Below are positions 41,656-53,445 of a stretch of DNA of 64,000 nucleotides, in pieces. The notes under the pieces were generated by a model that was given only the letters and a program-made list of their open reading frames with translations, ran no database searches and had not been told where the DNA came from. The stretch comes from Acidimicrobiia bacterium (GTDB taxonomy: Bacteria; Actinomycetota; Acidimicrobiia; Spongiisociales; ZC4RG35), in assembly GCA_965203555.1 (NCBI GenBank), contig CBDBCY010000002.1:64001-128000 (forward strand). The letters run 5' to 3'. Within the stretch, counting starts at the first letter, position 1. The number at the start of each line of letters is the position of its first letter. Position numbers and translations under genes: made by a program.

Positions 41656-43392
41656 TTACCTGACCAGGGCTATGACCGCTCCGGCCGCCACCGAGTCTCC
41701 CGGCTCGATGCGCAAGTCAACCACGTTGCCTTCTCTGCCGGCCGGCACCGCGTTCTCCATCTTCATGGCCTCCAGCACGCAGACGGTGTCCTCCGCGTCC
41801 ACCCGGTCGCCGACTTTTACGTTCACTTTGACGATGGTGCCCTGCATGGGAGCGGTGACGGCCCCGTCGGCGGCTACGACCGGTCCTCTGGCCGGTTTGG
41901 GAGGACGACGACGCACCTTGGCGGGCCGGTCTTCCTGGCCGACGTCGGGTTCCCAGTAGGAAACCACGAACCGTCGACCGCTTATCTCCACGGTCATGTC
42001 CTGGCGGAGAACGCCCTCCTCTTCGGGTAGCGACCCCGCAACTTCCGGATCACCGGGCATGAGATCCACTTCGCTCTCCAGCCAACCGGTGTGATGGCGG
42101 CCGGAGATGAAATCGGGGTGGTTCAACACCGCCCGGTGGACCGCAATGGTGGTGGGCACTCCGGTGATCTCGTACTCGTGCAATGCCCGCTTGGCCCGGC
42201 CGATCGCCTGGGTGCGGGTGGGCGCCCACACCACCAGTTTGGCGAGCAGGTTGTCGTAGAAGCGGGGCACCGTGACGCCGGCGCTCACCCACCCGTCCAC
42301 CCGCACTCCCGGACCGGCGGGTTCCCGGTAGCCGATGATGCGGCCCGGGGTGGGCATGTAGTTGTTGTACGGGTCCTCGGCGTTGATCCGCATCTCGATG
42401 GCGTGGCCGTCGGCTCGCAGACCGATGGCCGACGTGGGTCTTCCGGCGGCGATTCGAAGTTGCTCACGGACCAGGTCCACCCCGGTGACCATCTCGGTAA
42501 CGGTGTGCTCCACCTGCAGACGGGTGTTCATCTCCAAAAAGTAGAAAGAGCCCGAAGAATCGGCGAGGAACTCCACGGTTCCGGCGTTGCGGTATTCACA
42601 GGTCCGGGCAATTCTGAGCGCAGCCTCTCCCAGTTCCCGGCTCTGGGCGAGGTTCAGGATGGCGGAAGGCGCCTCCTCGATTAGCTTTTGGTGGCGGCGT
42701 TGCACGGAGCAGTCCCGCTCTCCCAGATACACATAGTTGTGGTGGTCGTCCACCAGGATTTGCGCCTCGATGTGATGGACATCGGTCAGTTTCTTCTCCA
42801 GGTAGACCTCGGGACTGTTGAAGTAGGCGTCGGCCTCCCTCCGGGCGGACGCCAAAGCCTCCTGTATCTGCGAGGGACGGTCAACGGTCCTCATGCCACG
42901 ACCGCCACCGGCTCGGGACGCCTTGATCAGCACCGGATAGCCGAGTCGGTCGGCCACCGCCATGATCTCGGCCGGATCCTCCAAGGGCGATTCGGTTCCC
43001 GGCACCACCGGCACTCCCGCCTCGATCGCTATCTGGCGGGAGGCGACCTTGTCGCCCATGGCGGCGATGGCGGCGGGTGGCGGCCCCACCCATATAAGAC
43101 CGGCGTCGGTCACCGCCTGGGCGAAGGCAGGGTTCTCCGACAGGAAGCCGTAGCCGGGATGGACCGCCTCTGCTTCTGTCTCGGCGGCCACGTCCAGGAT
43201 CCGGTCGATGTTCAGGTAGGACTGCCCGGCGGGCGCCGGGCCGATGTTCCAGGCCTGATCGGCCAGTTGGGCGTGGTAGGCGTCCCGGTCGGGCTCGGAA
43301 TAGACCGCAATGGTGCGAAGGCCCATCTCCCGGGCGGTGCGGATGATCCTGACCGCTATTTCGCCGCGGTTGGCTACCAACACGGATTTCAC
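41656..43392 (-). CDS. Acetyl/propionyl-CoA carboxylase alpha (biotin carboxylase + BCCP)
   Basis: ANRGEIA, HPGYGFLSEN, EMNTRLQVEH and EAMKM biotin site. Confidence 0.95.
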   Translation of the reverse strand: MKSVLVANRGEIAVRIIRTAREMGLRTIAVYSEPDRDAYHAQLADQAWNIGPAPAGQSYLNIDRILDVAAETEAEAVHPGYGFLSENPAFAQAVTDAGLIWVGPPPAAIAAMGDKVASRQIAIEAGVPVVPGTESPLEDPAEIMAVADRLGYPVLIKASRAGGGRGMRTVDRPSQIQEALASARREADAYFNSPEVYLEKKLTDVHHIEAQILVDDHHNYVYLGERDCSVQRRHQKLIEEAPSAILNLAQSRELGEAALRIARTCEYRNAGTVEFLADSSGSFYFLEMNTRLQVEHTVTEMVTGVDLVREQLRIAAGRPTSAIGLRADGHAIEMRINAEDPYNNYMPTPGRIIGYREPAGPGVRVDGWVSAGVTVPRFYDNLLAKLVVWAPTRTQAIGRAKRALHEYEITGVPTTIAVHRAVLNHPDFISGRHHTGWLESEVDLMPGDPEVAGSLPEEEGVLRQDMTVEISGRRFVVSYWEPDVGQEDRPAKVRRRPPKPARGPVVAADGAVTAPMQGTIVKVNVKVGDRVDAEDTVCVLEAMKMENAVPAGREGNVVDLRIEPGDSVAAGAVIALVR

Positions 43393-44936
43393 AATGGGAT
43401 GTTTCCATGTTTCTTGCTCGGAAGGGCTTCCCGTTTGCTCCGCAGCATCTCCAAGGCCGAGATGAGGTGTGGGCGGGTTTCTCGGGGCTCGATGACCGAA
43501 TCCACCAAACCCAGTTCGGCTGCCTTGTAGGGATTGTTGAACTCGTCTTCGTACTCCGCTATCAATTCGAGCCGGCGATGTTCGGGATCGGGGGCTTGGG
43601 CGATGTCCCGGCGAAAGATGACGTTCACCGCGCCGGACGCCCCCATCACCGCGATTTCGGCCGAAGGCCAGGCAAAGACCACGTCGGCCCGGATACCGCG
43701 GGCGTTCATCACCAGGTAGGCGCCCCCGTAGGCCTTGCGGGTGATGACGGAAACCCGCGGGACCGTGGCTTCGCAGTAGGCGTACAGGAGCTTGGCGCCG
43801 TGGCGAATGATCCCGTTGTGCTCCTGGTCGACTCCCGGAAGGACCCCGGGAACATCCACGAAAGTGACGAGAGGGATGTTGAAGGCGTCGCAGAATCTGA
43901 CGAACCGGGCGCCTTTCTGGGCAGCGTCGATATCCAAGGTTCCGGCCAGAACCGAGGGCTGGTTGGCCACCACTCCCACCGTGTGGCCGTCCAGTCGCCC
44001 CAGTCCCACCAGCAGGTTGCGAGCCCAGTGCTCATGCACCTGGAAGAAGTCGCCGTCGTCGAGCACTGTCTCGATGAGAGCGGTCATGTCGTACGGCTGG
44101 TTGGAGGAGTCCGGAATGATCTGGTCCAGCAGATCGTCGGTGCGGGTGGGCAGGTCGGTGGGGCCGAAGTAGGCGGGCAGTTCCAGGTTGTTCTGGGGGA
44201 GGAAGGAGAGGAGGTAACGGACCCCGTCGAGTGCCAGGGCGTCCTCGGAGAAAACGAAATGCACCACGCCGGAGGTGGAGGCGTGGACCATCGCCCCGCC
44301 CAACTCTTCGAAAGTGACGTCCTCTCCGGTTACCGCCTTGATCACGTCGGGACCGGTGATGAAGAGGTGGCTGGTCTCGCTTACCTGGATCACGAAATCG
44401 GTGAGGGCCGGTGAGTACACGGCGCCGCCGGCGCAGGGTCCCATGATCACCGAGATCTGGGGTATCACTCCCGAGGCGCGGACGTTTCGCTCGAAGATCC
44501 TTCCGTAACCGTCCAGGGACGCCACTCCCTCCTGGATGCGGGCGCCTCCGGAGTCCTTCAGCCCGATCAGCGGGGCGCCGGCCTGCAGCGCCATGTCGGT
44601 TATCTTGCAGATCTTGTCGGCCACCGCCACTCCCAGGCTTCCCCCGAAAGTGGTGAAATCCTCGGCAAAGACGAACACCGTGCGCCCGTCCACCTTGCCC
44701 CACCCGGTCACCACCGCATCGCCCAGGGGCCGCCGGTTCTCCACCCCGAAGCCACGGCCCGAATGGCGTACGAAAGCGTCGACTTCGCAAAAGGTGTCCC
44801 GGTCCAAGAGGTGAGCGATACGCTCCCGGGCGGTGAGCTTGCCCCGCTCGTGCTGTCGGTCGATGGCTCGGCGGTCGGCTGCCAGGGCCTGTCCTCGCAT
44901 CTTGCGAAGGTTTTCAATTCGTTGTTCGGTACCCAA
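43389..44936 (-). CDS. Acyl-CoA carboxylase carboxyltransferase beta (PccB-like)
   Basis: GKLTARERI, SGGARIQEG, RKAYGGA, KKHGNIPL. Confidence 0.95.
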   Translation of the reverse strand: MGTEQRIENLRKMRGQALAADRRAIDRQHERGKLTARERIAHLLDRDTFCEVDAFVRHSGRGFGVENRRPLGDAVVTGWGKVDGRTVFVFAEDFTTFGGSLGVAVADKICKITDMALQAGAPLIGLKDSGGARIQEGVASLDGYGRIFERNVRASGVIPQISVIMGPCAGGAVYSPALTDFVIQVSETSHLFITGPDVIKAVTGEDVTFEELGGAMVHASTSGVVHFVFSEDALALDGVRYLLSFLPQNNLELPAYFGPTDLPTRTDDLLDQIIPDSSNQPYDMTALIETVLDDGDFFQVHEHWARNLLVGLGRLDGHTVGVVANQPSVLAGTLDIDAAQKGARFVRFCDAFNIPLVTFVDVPGVLPGVDQEHNGIIRHGAKLLYAYCEATVPRVSVITRKAYGGAYLVMNARGIRADVVFAWPSAEIAVMGASGAVNVIFRRDIAQAPDPEHRRLELIAEYEDEFNNPYKAAELGLVDSVIEPRETRPHLISALEMLRSKREALPSKKHGNIPL

Positions 44937-44989
44937 CCCTTTGACCTCTTGGATAAGCTCTCTCGTACTTGGACTTGGGGTAAACCGCT

Positions 44990-45670
44990 TTGGCTACACC
45001 ATATTGTTTGATTCGGTTGTCCGTCACGTCTTCCACGCAGGACGACGCCCGCCGAGCTTACCGGGGAAGGCCGGTAGTCGTGGTAGCGGACCGCCAGGAG
45101 CACGGCAGGGGAAGACGTGACCGGGAATGGATCAGCGCTCCCGGAGCATTGGCTGTATCGGTGGCGTGCGAGCCGCGATGGGACAGGCGCCGGTGGGGAC
45201 TGCTGCCTCTGATGGCCGGCTGGCAGGCCGCCAGGGTCCTGGGCGCCCGGGTTGTCCTCAAATGGCCCAATGACCTGTTGGTCGGAGATGACAAAGTGGG
45301 TGGAATTCTGGTGGAGGCGAAGGGTTCCGTGGTGGTGGCGGGGTGCGGTTTCAATCTGTGGTGGCCCGATGCTCCCGAGGGAATGGCCGGCCTGGACGAC
45401 CGACCTCCGGGATCCTTGCGGCGGGACGAGATTGCCCACGCCTGGGCGGGGGGTCTGGTGGAATCCGCCCTGGACCCCGGGGGTGGGTCCTTTTCACTGG
45501 ACGACTACCGCCGCCGTTGCGTCACCATGGGCCGGTGGATCAGTTGGGCCGACGGCGGGGCCGGACGGGCGGTTGACATCGACCCCGAAGGCGCCCTGGT
45601 GGTTGAAAGCCCCTCCGGGCGGAGAAAACTACGTTCTGAGGAGGTGTTTCACGTTCGGGCCCGCCGGTGA
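44990..45670 (+). CDS. birA: Biotin-protein ligase
   Basis: STQD, Q.HGRGR..REW, KWPND, KVGGILVE. Confidence 0.9.
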   Translation: MATPYCLIRLSVTSSTQDDARRAYRGRPVVVVADRQEHGRGRRDREWISAPGALAVSVACEPRWDRRRWGLLPLMAGWQAARVLGARVVLKWPNDLLVGDDKVGGILVEAKGSVVVAGCGFNLWWPDAPEGMAGLDDRPPGSLRRDEIAHAWAGGLVESALDPGGGSFSLDDYRRRCVTMGRWISWADGGAGRAVDIDPEGALVVESPSGRRKLRSEEVFHVRARR

Positions 45671-45676
45671 CGGGAT

Positions 45677-46420
45677 CTAACCGGTCTCCTCGACCTCGGG
45701 GCCGGGAAGGCCGGCGGTGAAGAAGGCGGCGAGACGAGCCAGTGCGTCCTGCGCAGCCCCTTCGTTGTAGTTGGGGTGGTTTTCGTTGACGAAGCCGCGC
45801 CCCACGCCCTCGTACAGCAACCACTGTCCGTGCGGGTTGCTGCCTTGCGCGGCATCCACCGAAGCCGCAGGGATGGCGTCGTCATCGGCGGCGTAGATGC
45901 CCAGCACCGGACCGCCGAGACGCTCCAGCTGTCCGGCGACCGGATAGCGGCGATGGTCATCGCCGTCCAGGGGAGCGTACAGCACCGCGGCGGGACCCAC
46001 CCACCTTCGCAAGGCCGCGGCCAACAGGGCCAGTCTGCCTCCGGACTCGATTCCGAGCACTCCCACCGGTTCGGTCAATGCCCAGTGCAGATCATCGTCG
46101 GCCAGGAAGCGTCGAGTCTCGTCGAGTTGCGCCAGCACGTCGATGTCGGTATCCGACGGACCCGTTCCGTTGTGAAAGCGGCCATGGCGATCAGACGCCA
46201 AATTGAGGGCCAGGACCGCGATTCCCCTCCGGGCCAGGAACCGGGCCACGCTCTTGATGTGGGAGGAAACCGGCCCCGCGTCTCTGATGATCAGTACCAC
46301 CGGAAACCGGCCCACGGCATCGGGTCGGGCCAGATAATCGGATCGGTAAGAGCTTGCGGCCGGCGTGGAGTAGGTACCGTACATAACCGGGTATGTCCCC
46401 TCGTGGGGCAAGACAGCCAA
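45677..46420 (-). CDS. Dienelactone hydrolase-family protein with degenerate active site
   Basis: YLARP, PVLGIYA.DD, YEGVG.GF and YNE.AA.DA pattern of the DLH family. Confidence 0.7.
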   Translation of the reverse strand: MAVLPHEGTYPVMYGTYSTPAASSYRSDYLARPDAVGRFPVVLIIRDAGPVSSHIKSVARFLARRGIAVLALNLASDRHGRFHNGTGPSDTDIDVLAQLDETRRFLADDDLHWALTEPVGVLGIESGGRLALLAAALRRWVGPAAVLYAPLDGDDHRRYPVAGQLERLGGPVLGIYAADDDAIPAASVDAAQGSNPHGQWLLYEGVGRGFVNENHPNYNEGAAQDALARLAAFFTAGLPGPEVEETG

Positions 46421-46544
46421 AGCTATCCCTCCTGGGTTGGCATCAATTCGAAAGGGTAGCGGCCCCGAAGGTCAGCTATTTTCACACCATGACGTTGGAA
46501 ACCCATACTTGTTGTCCCATGGCATCCATCGGCGGAGCGCCGCT

Positions 46545-47453
46545 GTGACCGGTCGGCGGGCGGTGGTGACCGGCGGGGCTGGCTTTGTCGGATCCCACCT
46601 TTGCGAGGCCCTGGCCGACCGGGGATGGGAGGTCGTCTCGCTGGACGACCTCTCCACCGGCCGCGCCTCGAACCTGGAACGGGCGCGGGCGAAGGGGGTG
46701 AGGGCGGAGCAGGTGGATATCACCGACCCCGGGTTGCAGGAGGTGATGGCCGCTGCCGCTCCTCGAGTGGTTTTCCACCTGGCGGCCGTCTCGTCGGTGC
46801 AGCTGTGCGAATCAGCCCCGCACAGGTGCGGGGAAGTGAATGTGGGGGGGACCGCCGGGGTCCTGGAGAGCGCGGTGCGCAGCGGGGCGGAGAAGGTGGT
46901 GAACATCTCCTCTCTGGCCGTGTACGGCGCCTCGCCGGAGTCGGCGGGGTCCTCCTACGGGCTGAGCAAGCTTGCCGCCGAGGAGCATGTCCGCAGGCGG
47001 GCGACTTCGGCGGGGATCGATTGGATCACCCTCCGCCCCGCCAACGTGTACGGACCGCGGCAGCGCGGCGACGGAGAGTCGGCGGTGGTCGCCACCTGGT
47101 TCGGAAGCATGGCCGACGGCGAACCCTTGTTCCTGGACGGCGACGGCCGCCAGACCAGGGACTTTCTCTTCGTCACCGACGCGGTGGATGCAATCGTGGC
47201 CGCGGCCGAGCGAGGCAGTGGTATTGCTCTCGACGTGGGAGGGGGGGTGGAGACTTCTTTGCTCTCTCTCCTCCGCAACATGAGGGAAACGACCGGCTGG
47301 GCCGGCGTCGCCCGGCGGCGCCCGGCCAGACCGGGTGACATCCGCCGTTCGGTGGTGGATCCCCGTCCCGCCCACACCGCCCTGGGATGGAAAGCCCGAG
47401 TCGATCTGGCCACCGGTCTTCGCCGAACCTGGGAGTGGGCAATCGGTTATTAG
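46545..47453 (+). CDS. NAD-dependent epimerase/dehydratase (GalE-like)
   Basis: TGGAGFVGSH, YGLSK, NVYGPRQ, GDG.QTRDF, RPGDI. Confidence 0.9.
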   Translation: MTGRRAVVTGGAGFVGSHLCEALADRGWEVVSLDDLSTGRASNLERARAKGVRAEQVDITDPGLQEVMAAAAPRVVFHLAAVSSVQLCESAPHRCGEVNVGGTAGVLESAVRSGAEKVVNISSLAVYGASPESAGSSYGLSKLAAEEHVRRRATSAGIDWITLRPANVYGPRQRGDGESAVVATWFGSMADGEPLFLDGDGRQTRDFLFVTDAVDAIVAAAERGSGIALDVGGGVETSLLSLLRNMRETTGWAGVARRRPARPGDIRRSVVDPRPAHTALGWKARVDLATGLRRTWEWAIGY

Positions 47454-48649
47454 GCCTTCGCTCCGCGCCTTCTCGCACCTTCGGCGCATACCTACCGGAT
47501 CATCCCATAATCTCCATCCTCTCAAGACAGAAACCTCCGGGAGAACCAAGGGGTTCATGGCTGTTCTATAGGTTGTGTAGTTATTGAGTAAAATCACTCA
47601 ATAAGCGCATCGGATTTCTGTACCCTGGTGAGGAGTGAGCCGATTTTCGCTTCGCTCTCAGGTAGCGGAGCTGCTGATCGAGACCTTCTCCCCCGCCGAG
47701 CTTTACGCTCCGAGCACTGGCTTACTTCGGGCTAGTCTTCGAAACGATGAGCGGGGGCGCCTTACGAGCGGGTCCGAGAGTTCATCTGTGGCGGCCCGCC
47801 AGGCCTTGTCCTATGCCGTCATGGACGCCCTCCGGAGCGCTGTACGTGGCGGTGGATGACCTTCCCGAAACGGATGAGAGCTATTTCGCGCCCTGGCCAA
47901 TCCCGTGATGCCATTTCTTGCCGACCCTGTTCAGGCTTCGCATGCACCTTCTGGCAGCCGTGCCCGGAACGCATGCTCTGGCACTCGGTGGCCGCCCGTG
48001 ATGGAACAGGCCTTGACGCTCTACTACTGCTTTCCCCTGGGCCGGTGGGTGGCGAGGAAACCCGTGAGTGCCGTGATATGTGGTTTCGACAGTCGACCCG
48101 GGCCAGCGGTACTCGATACCCTGCTCCGATGCGTGGTGGTCCTGGGTTCCTGCTCAACTTTGTTGAACACCTGCAGGCAGGCTTGCCAACCAGACCACAC
48201 CCCCGCCCTCCGGTCGGCGACGGTTCGAGCCGACTCCCCAGGAATTGCACACATTGCCTCGAAATCCGGAGACTCGAACCCGACGAAAAGCGCAAAATAT
48301 CGGGTTCGATTTGTGATCAACGGTACATCAAACTTCGGCGGCTACCTCACGGGGGCTTCGCATCCCGGGCGTACGACCCGCCAAACCGGTGAGAATTCCA
48401 TCAGAATACTGTGATCGTCTGGCTTTGGTGCGAGCCCAGTCATTGTAGCGCCCGACGTGCTGTCGCCCACCACCCCGAGGTGCAACGCCAGCTTAAACGT
48501 CGCTTCCGCTGGCCGGTGTCCTCGTCAACGGACCCGAACCGCTAGGTCCGTGCTCGACCAGATTTGTTCGCTGTCGGCCCCCAGCCCGATCCAGTCGCGA
48601 GTCACCTCGACAAAGCCGACAGATCCTCCCGCTCTTATTGGGGACTCCA

Positions 48650-50420
48650 TATCTGCTGGTAGGAGTGGCTGTCTTCTGCGATTATTCGTTGGTTGGTCCC
48701 GTCAGCGTCGATCACCCATACGCCTGATGAGCCGGTCCAGTAGGCGATTTTGGTGCTGTCGGGTGACCAGAGCAGATCAGAGACAGAGACGTAGTGTTGG
48801 GCGGGATGCATTGGGGTGAGTGGTTGTTTGTTGGTCTCCGTCGGCGTCTACCACCCATAACGCATCGCTGGCTTGGTCCAGGCGATCTTGGTGCTGTCGG
48901 GTGACCACCGCGGAGTGATTAGCGCTTTCGGTGACTTGTTGTTGGTTGGTCCGGGTCGGCGTCAGCGATCCATAACTCGTTCTGTCCGTAGGCGATCTTG
49001 GTGCTGTCGGGTGACCACCACGGGGCGATGTTGTGATGAATGTCGTCGTGGAGTTGTTGTTGGTTGGTGCCGTCTGCGCTCATCACCCATAGCGCGCCGC
49101 CGGTTTTGTGGTAGGCGATCTTGGTGCTGTCGGGCGACCACCGCAGACTTGTACCGCTGAAGAGTTCGCCGAGTTGTCGTTTGTTGGTCCCGTCGGCGTC
49201 CGCCACCCACATCACCTGCCCCGATGTCCTGTCGCTGCGGCTGGTGTAGGCGATTCTGGTGCCGTCGGAAGACCACCGCGGAGAATAGGCGCTCTCGCCC
49301 AGTTGCCGTTGGTTGGTCCCGTCGGATTTCAGCGATCCATAACTCGCCGTCGCTGGTGAAATAGGCGACTTTGGCGCTGTCGGGTGACCACAGCAGTCTG
49401 TAACCCTTGTTGCGGTACATGAGTTGTTGTTGGTTGGTCCCCTCGGCGTCCGCCAGTTCCACAAGGAACGGTCGTTGGTCCGATAGGCGATTCTGGAGCT
49501 GGTTCGGTGACCACACGAAGTGGTACCTGTCGAGGAAGAAGATGGAGTCGATTCGGCCGAGGCGTTGTTGGTTGGTGCCGTCTGCTCCTATCACCCATAA
49601 CTCGTCGTCGAAGGTTTTGTAAGCGATCCTGGTGCCGTCGGGAGACCACTTGTGATAAGAGCCGTCTTCGACGAGGCGTTGGTTGTGGGTGCCGTCCACG
49701 TTTGCCACCCACAATCCGTCCCTGGCACCGAAGGCGATTCTGCGTGCCGTTCGGATGACCACCGTAAGTTGGCTCCACTGTCGTGTAGGGAAGATTGTTG
49801 GTACCGTCCGCGTCCGCCACCCACACTCCAGGGTTGGGGGAGACGGCCAGCGGCGATGCGTTGTGTGCGCAGGCGTCCTCGTGGCCGTAGTCATCGACGA
49901 GGGATATTCGACACTCCGAGGAGACAGCCCGATCCTGTGACGGACTTGGACACGGGTCAGGGAAGTCCTGCACAGGAGATCAGCACCCGATTTCTTCTCA
50001 AGGGACGCGTTGGCCGAACCCGAAGCTGTTCCTGCGGCGATCCCGCGGGTGAGGGGTTGTTCCGTATCCCGTCCTATCGGCAGACTTGGCCAAGATCCGG
50101 TCGGGCCGCGTACCTGGAACACGAGCTTCCGTCCGATCCGCCGGGATGACCCATCGGCCCGTAGAGGACGGCCGTGATGACCAGTTCCCGGCTGACGGTC
50201 GGGTGGTCAACCCCCGAACTCCGTGGCGCTGACCGCCTGGCTGGCTATTCCACGGTCGGCCCGCGCCTGCTAATCGACGCCGATCCGAGTAGGTGTGGGC
50301 CTGTGACGGAAGGACATCAGCGGTCATGACCAAGACCGTCGCTTCCGCCTGGAACTCCGCTCGACAACTGGCGGGATCATACGCTCGGCACAGGAATGTG
50401 ACCATTTCTAGCGGGTATCA
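48650..50420 (-). pseudogene. Frameshift-riddled SLH + PD40 beta-propeller gene (paralog of 24392-26467); ends approximate
   Basis: Repeated WSPDSTKIAY...LWV.DADGTNQ.QL units in shifting frames; SLH-like MVTFLCRA near 50405. Confidence 0.8.
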
Positions 50421-50899
50421 GGTCGCGATCCCGAAGCGGACGTCGCCCACGAGTTCCGTTAGCGAAGGGTCGGCGGCCATGGGATACCTTCTCGGCAACC
50501 CTTCTCCCGGGAATGATCCTCAAAGTCATCGGACCGTCTGCTCGAAAACCGGTGGTGGACACCGCCACGCGGCAAGCGGATGGTCGAAGGCTGGCCGGAA
50601 TACCGAACACGCCGACCTAACCGATCACGGAATCGCTCATAAGACCCTGGGCCCGAGCCTGCTATGCCATCGGAGGACCTGTTGGGAAAACAAGGAATGG
50701 GTGAGGTCTGGATGCCCTCGAGCCACTTCAAGCATCGCAAGTATCCCCGCCGGGAAGTTGACGGCACAGAGGCCACAGCCAAGTCTGGAAAATCGAGCCA
50801 AGCCGGTCACCGCTCGCCTCGTGCGGGCTCAGATGCTGGCCGACATCGATGGAGATTCGTTCCTCCGAGGAGATCCAGTCCCGTCCGGTATCATGGAAG

Positions 50900-53445
50900 T
50901 ATGGATCGCGGTCAAGGGAAGGAACGTGATCGGGAGTTTCTGGATCGTTCTGGAGCCCGAGCTCTCTCGGGAGAGTCATCCGGCCAGCAGTTGGCGGAAG
51001 GCTGCTTCGCCGCTGCGGATTGAGACCGGAAAACTGAATTATCCGCTTCCTATTCCATCGTGTCCATCTCTCGAGCAGGGCAGTGAGTTCGCGATAGGGG
51101 TATGGCCGCTCGACTCCTTGGCGCCCTAGGAGCCGATCCCGAAGATGCTGACCTCCCGGTCACCGTCTCTACGAGTGACGGCCCTGGATGACCGGTCATT
51201 CCCGGAGGACGGGCGGGCCCGGAAGAACCCCGCTGTGTGATTCAAATACGATAGCCATGGTCTGGCTCGGCCCCGCATTCAAAAGCGAGATCATCCTCAA
51301 GTGGCCTGCTAGAACCCGACAATCCCGACGACTCCGGCCTCCTAGCTTTCTTTCGCAAAGGTTCTGCACTACGGAGGCCATCCCGCCGATCCTGGGGCTC
51401 GGTATGAACAGGCAATCGATCCGGCTATGATACACGCACCTTTCAAGGGCTTCGGTGCTCCGAGACGCTTACCCGCGCTGGAAGACTCCCCGAATCAGGC
51501 GAGGAAGGACTGACCTCTGTTCAGCTCGTCGCAGCGCTGCCGTTGCATGCGATGACGGCTCGCGAATCAACTCGTAGCGAGTTTCATCGGCCAGGAGGCT
51601 TCTCAGGTCCGTGGTCAGCCCGAGGACATGATTACGAGCGACCAACGGATCGACAACGCTTAGAGCCGCACCTACGGAAGAAAGTTCAGCTAACGCCACT
51701 CGCGGCAGAGCTGGGATGGTCTGCCTTCCTAGTGCACAGGAAGTACAGAGCTGCGGAACGTGACGACCTGTCTCCCCAGCTAGATCTCTGCACGAACGCC
51801 TGGCACCACCACTGGGATACCTCGGCCTCCCACCAGCCTCAATGCGATCGTTGAGGACGCGGAGAACGTCCCCGTGGGTGAGGAAGGAGGCGACCTCACA
51901 ACGCCTATGCTCAACATCGCCCCCGGGGCCCACCGAAGCGCGGACACAGAGGCTGAGACCATTGGGCTACTGGAATCAGAGCCAAGCCTCGACCGCTCAG
52001 GCCGACCCTGGATGACCAGATGCGGGGAACGCTGCTGAGATTCCTTTACGCCCGACCAGGTCCCTCCCGACCGGGTATGGAAGTATCCCCTGGCGCCCCG
52101 CAACAGAAAAAACCTGTTCGGGAGTTTCTGGATCTTCTGGAACCGTACTCTCCTCGAGAAGTCATCCGGCCAGCAGTTGGCGGAACTGCTTGATGCGATG
52201 TGCGAAAACGCCGCCGCCATCGTTCTGGATCTCTTGAGGACTCAAGATTCGAGGCCACCTGCCGCCTCGACTCCTTGCCCGCGCCCTAGAGGCGATAGGA
52301 GATGACCTCGAGCACGGACCGTCTCTACAACTGGCTGGTCGCCACCGGTCATTCCCGGATAAGACTGGAGCCCGGAAGAAGCCGAAGTGTTGATGAAACA
52401 CGAGCTTGGTTGGAGGCTCGGCCCCACATTCAAAAGGAGATCATCCTCACGTGGCTCGAACCGGACAATCCCGACGACTACTCGGCCTCCTATCCGCTTT
52501 CTTTCGCAAAGGTTCTGCACTACAGCAAGCCTCCCGCCGACCTGGGGCTCTGGTATCTTGAACAGGCAATCGGCCAACCTGGTCCGGATCACTGGGTTCC
52601 TGCACTTACACGGCCCATGAGACCTGCGAGAGGACTTATCACGCGTCGAAATCGGCACATCCGAACTCATCAGTGACATCATCAGGCAACTGAGCTCAAT
52701 GGACTGATGCGCGAAACGCCTGCACGAGACATTGCGCGGATCTGGCAGGAAGAACCCCACGACTCGCGCCGTGGCGAGCGTCAGGTTGCTGTGGGCTTCA
52801 GGAAACCCAAAGAAGCTGTGTACCGCGACGCCTCCTATGGACCATCCGGGAGTCGAAGAAGTTCAACGGACTCTCACCAATCGGGAACCGGCAACCCGAG
52901 CCGACCTGGACCGGTCTCCTGTTGCTGCGATCAGTTTGAAGACGATCTCGGAACACATTCGCGGAGACAGCGCCAACTTGTGGCGTCAATTCTGGAACGA
53001 AGACTCCTACGGACGCCCCACCAACAGCAAACCGGAGGACTCATGCCGCGACGCCCTGCTCGAAGCCCTGAAGCAGCGGCTTCCCTCCAGGATCGATGTA
53101 TCGCCGGAGGGCCGATATGCCGGAGGAAAGAGATCAGACATCCGGGCGACCTTCAACGGCTTCAACGTGCCGGTCGAGATCAAAAAGAACTCCCACCGCC
53201 ATCTGTGGAGCGCCCTTCGCAACCAACTGATCAAGGGATACACTACCGACCCCTCCACCTCCGGATACGGGATATTCCTCGTCCTGTGGTTCAGCGCCAC
53301 CCGGACCACACGACCGTTCCCCTCCGGCCCGCCACCAACCACCCCCCAGGAGTTGCGCCAACGCCTCGAAAACCAACTAGAACCCGACGGAAGGCGCAAG
53401 ATATCGGTGATCGTGATCGATGTCACCAAACCTGGATCGGTTTGA
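50900..53445 (+). pseudogene. Decayed large gene ending in an intact-looking PD-(D/E)xK nuclease-like domain (about 52930-53445)
   Basis: WRQFWNED.YGRP...KPEDSCRD, KRSDI..VPVEIK, LW.A...QL...Y..DP...GYGIFLVLWF; upstream part broken by frameshifts. Confidence 0.6.

Noticed and set aside
47460-48650. Several overlapping ORFs in the decayed island
   Set aside because: No recognisable motifs; probably fragments of a frameshifted gene, so no call can be supported.
48740-49760. Regularly spaced repeats of about 30 bp (GTAGGCGATCTTGGTGCTGTCGGGTGACCA) resembling a CRISPR array
   Set aside because: Spacing is over 100 bp, the intervening sequences are similar to each other, and the minus strand encodes WSPDSTKIAY propeller repeats; no cas genes.
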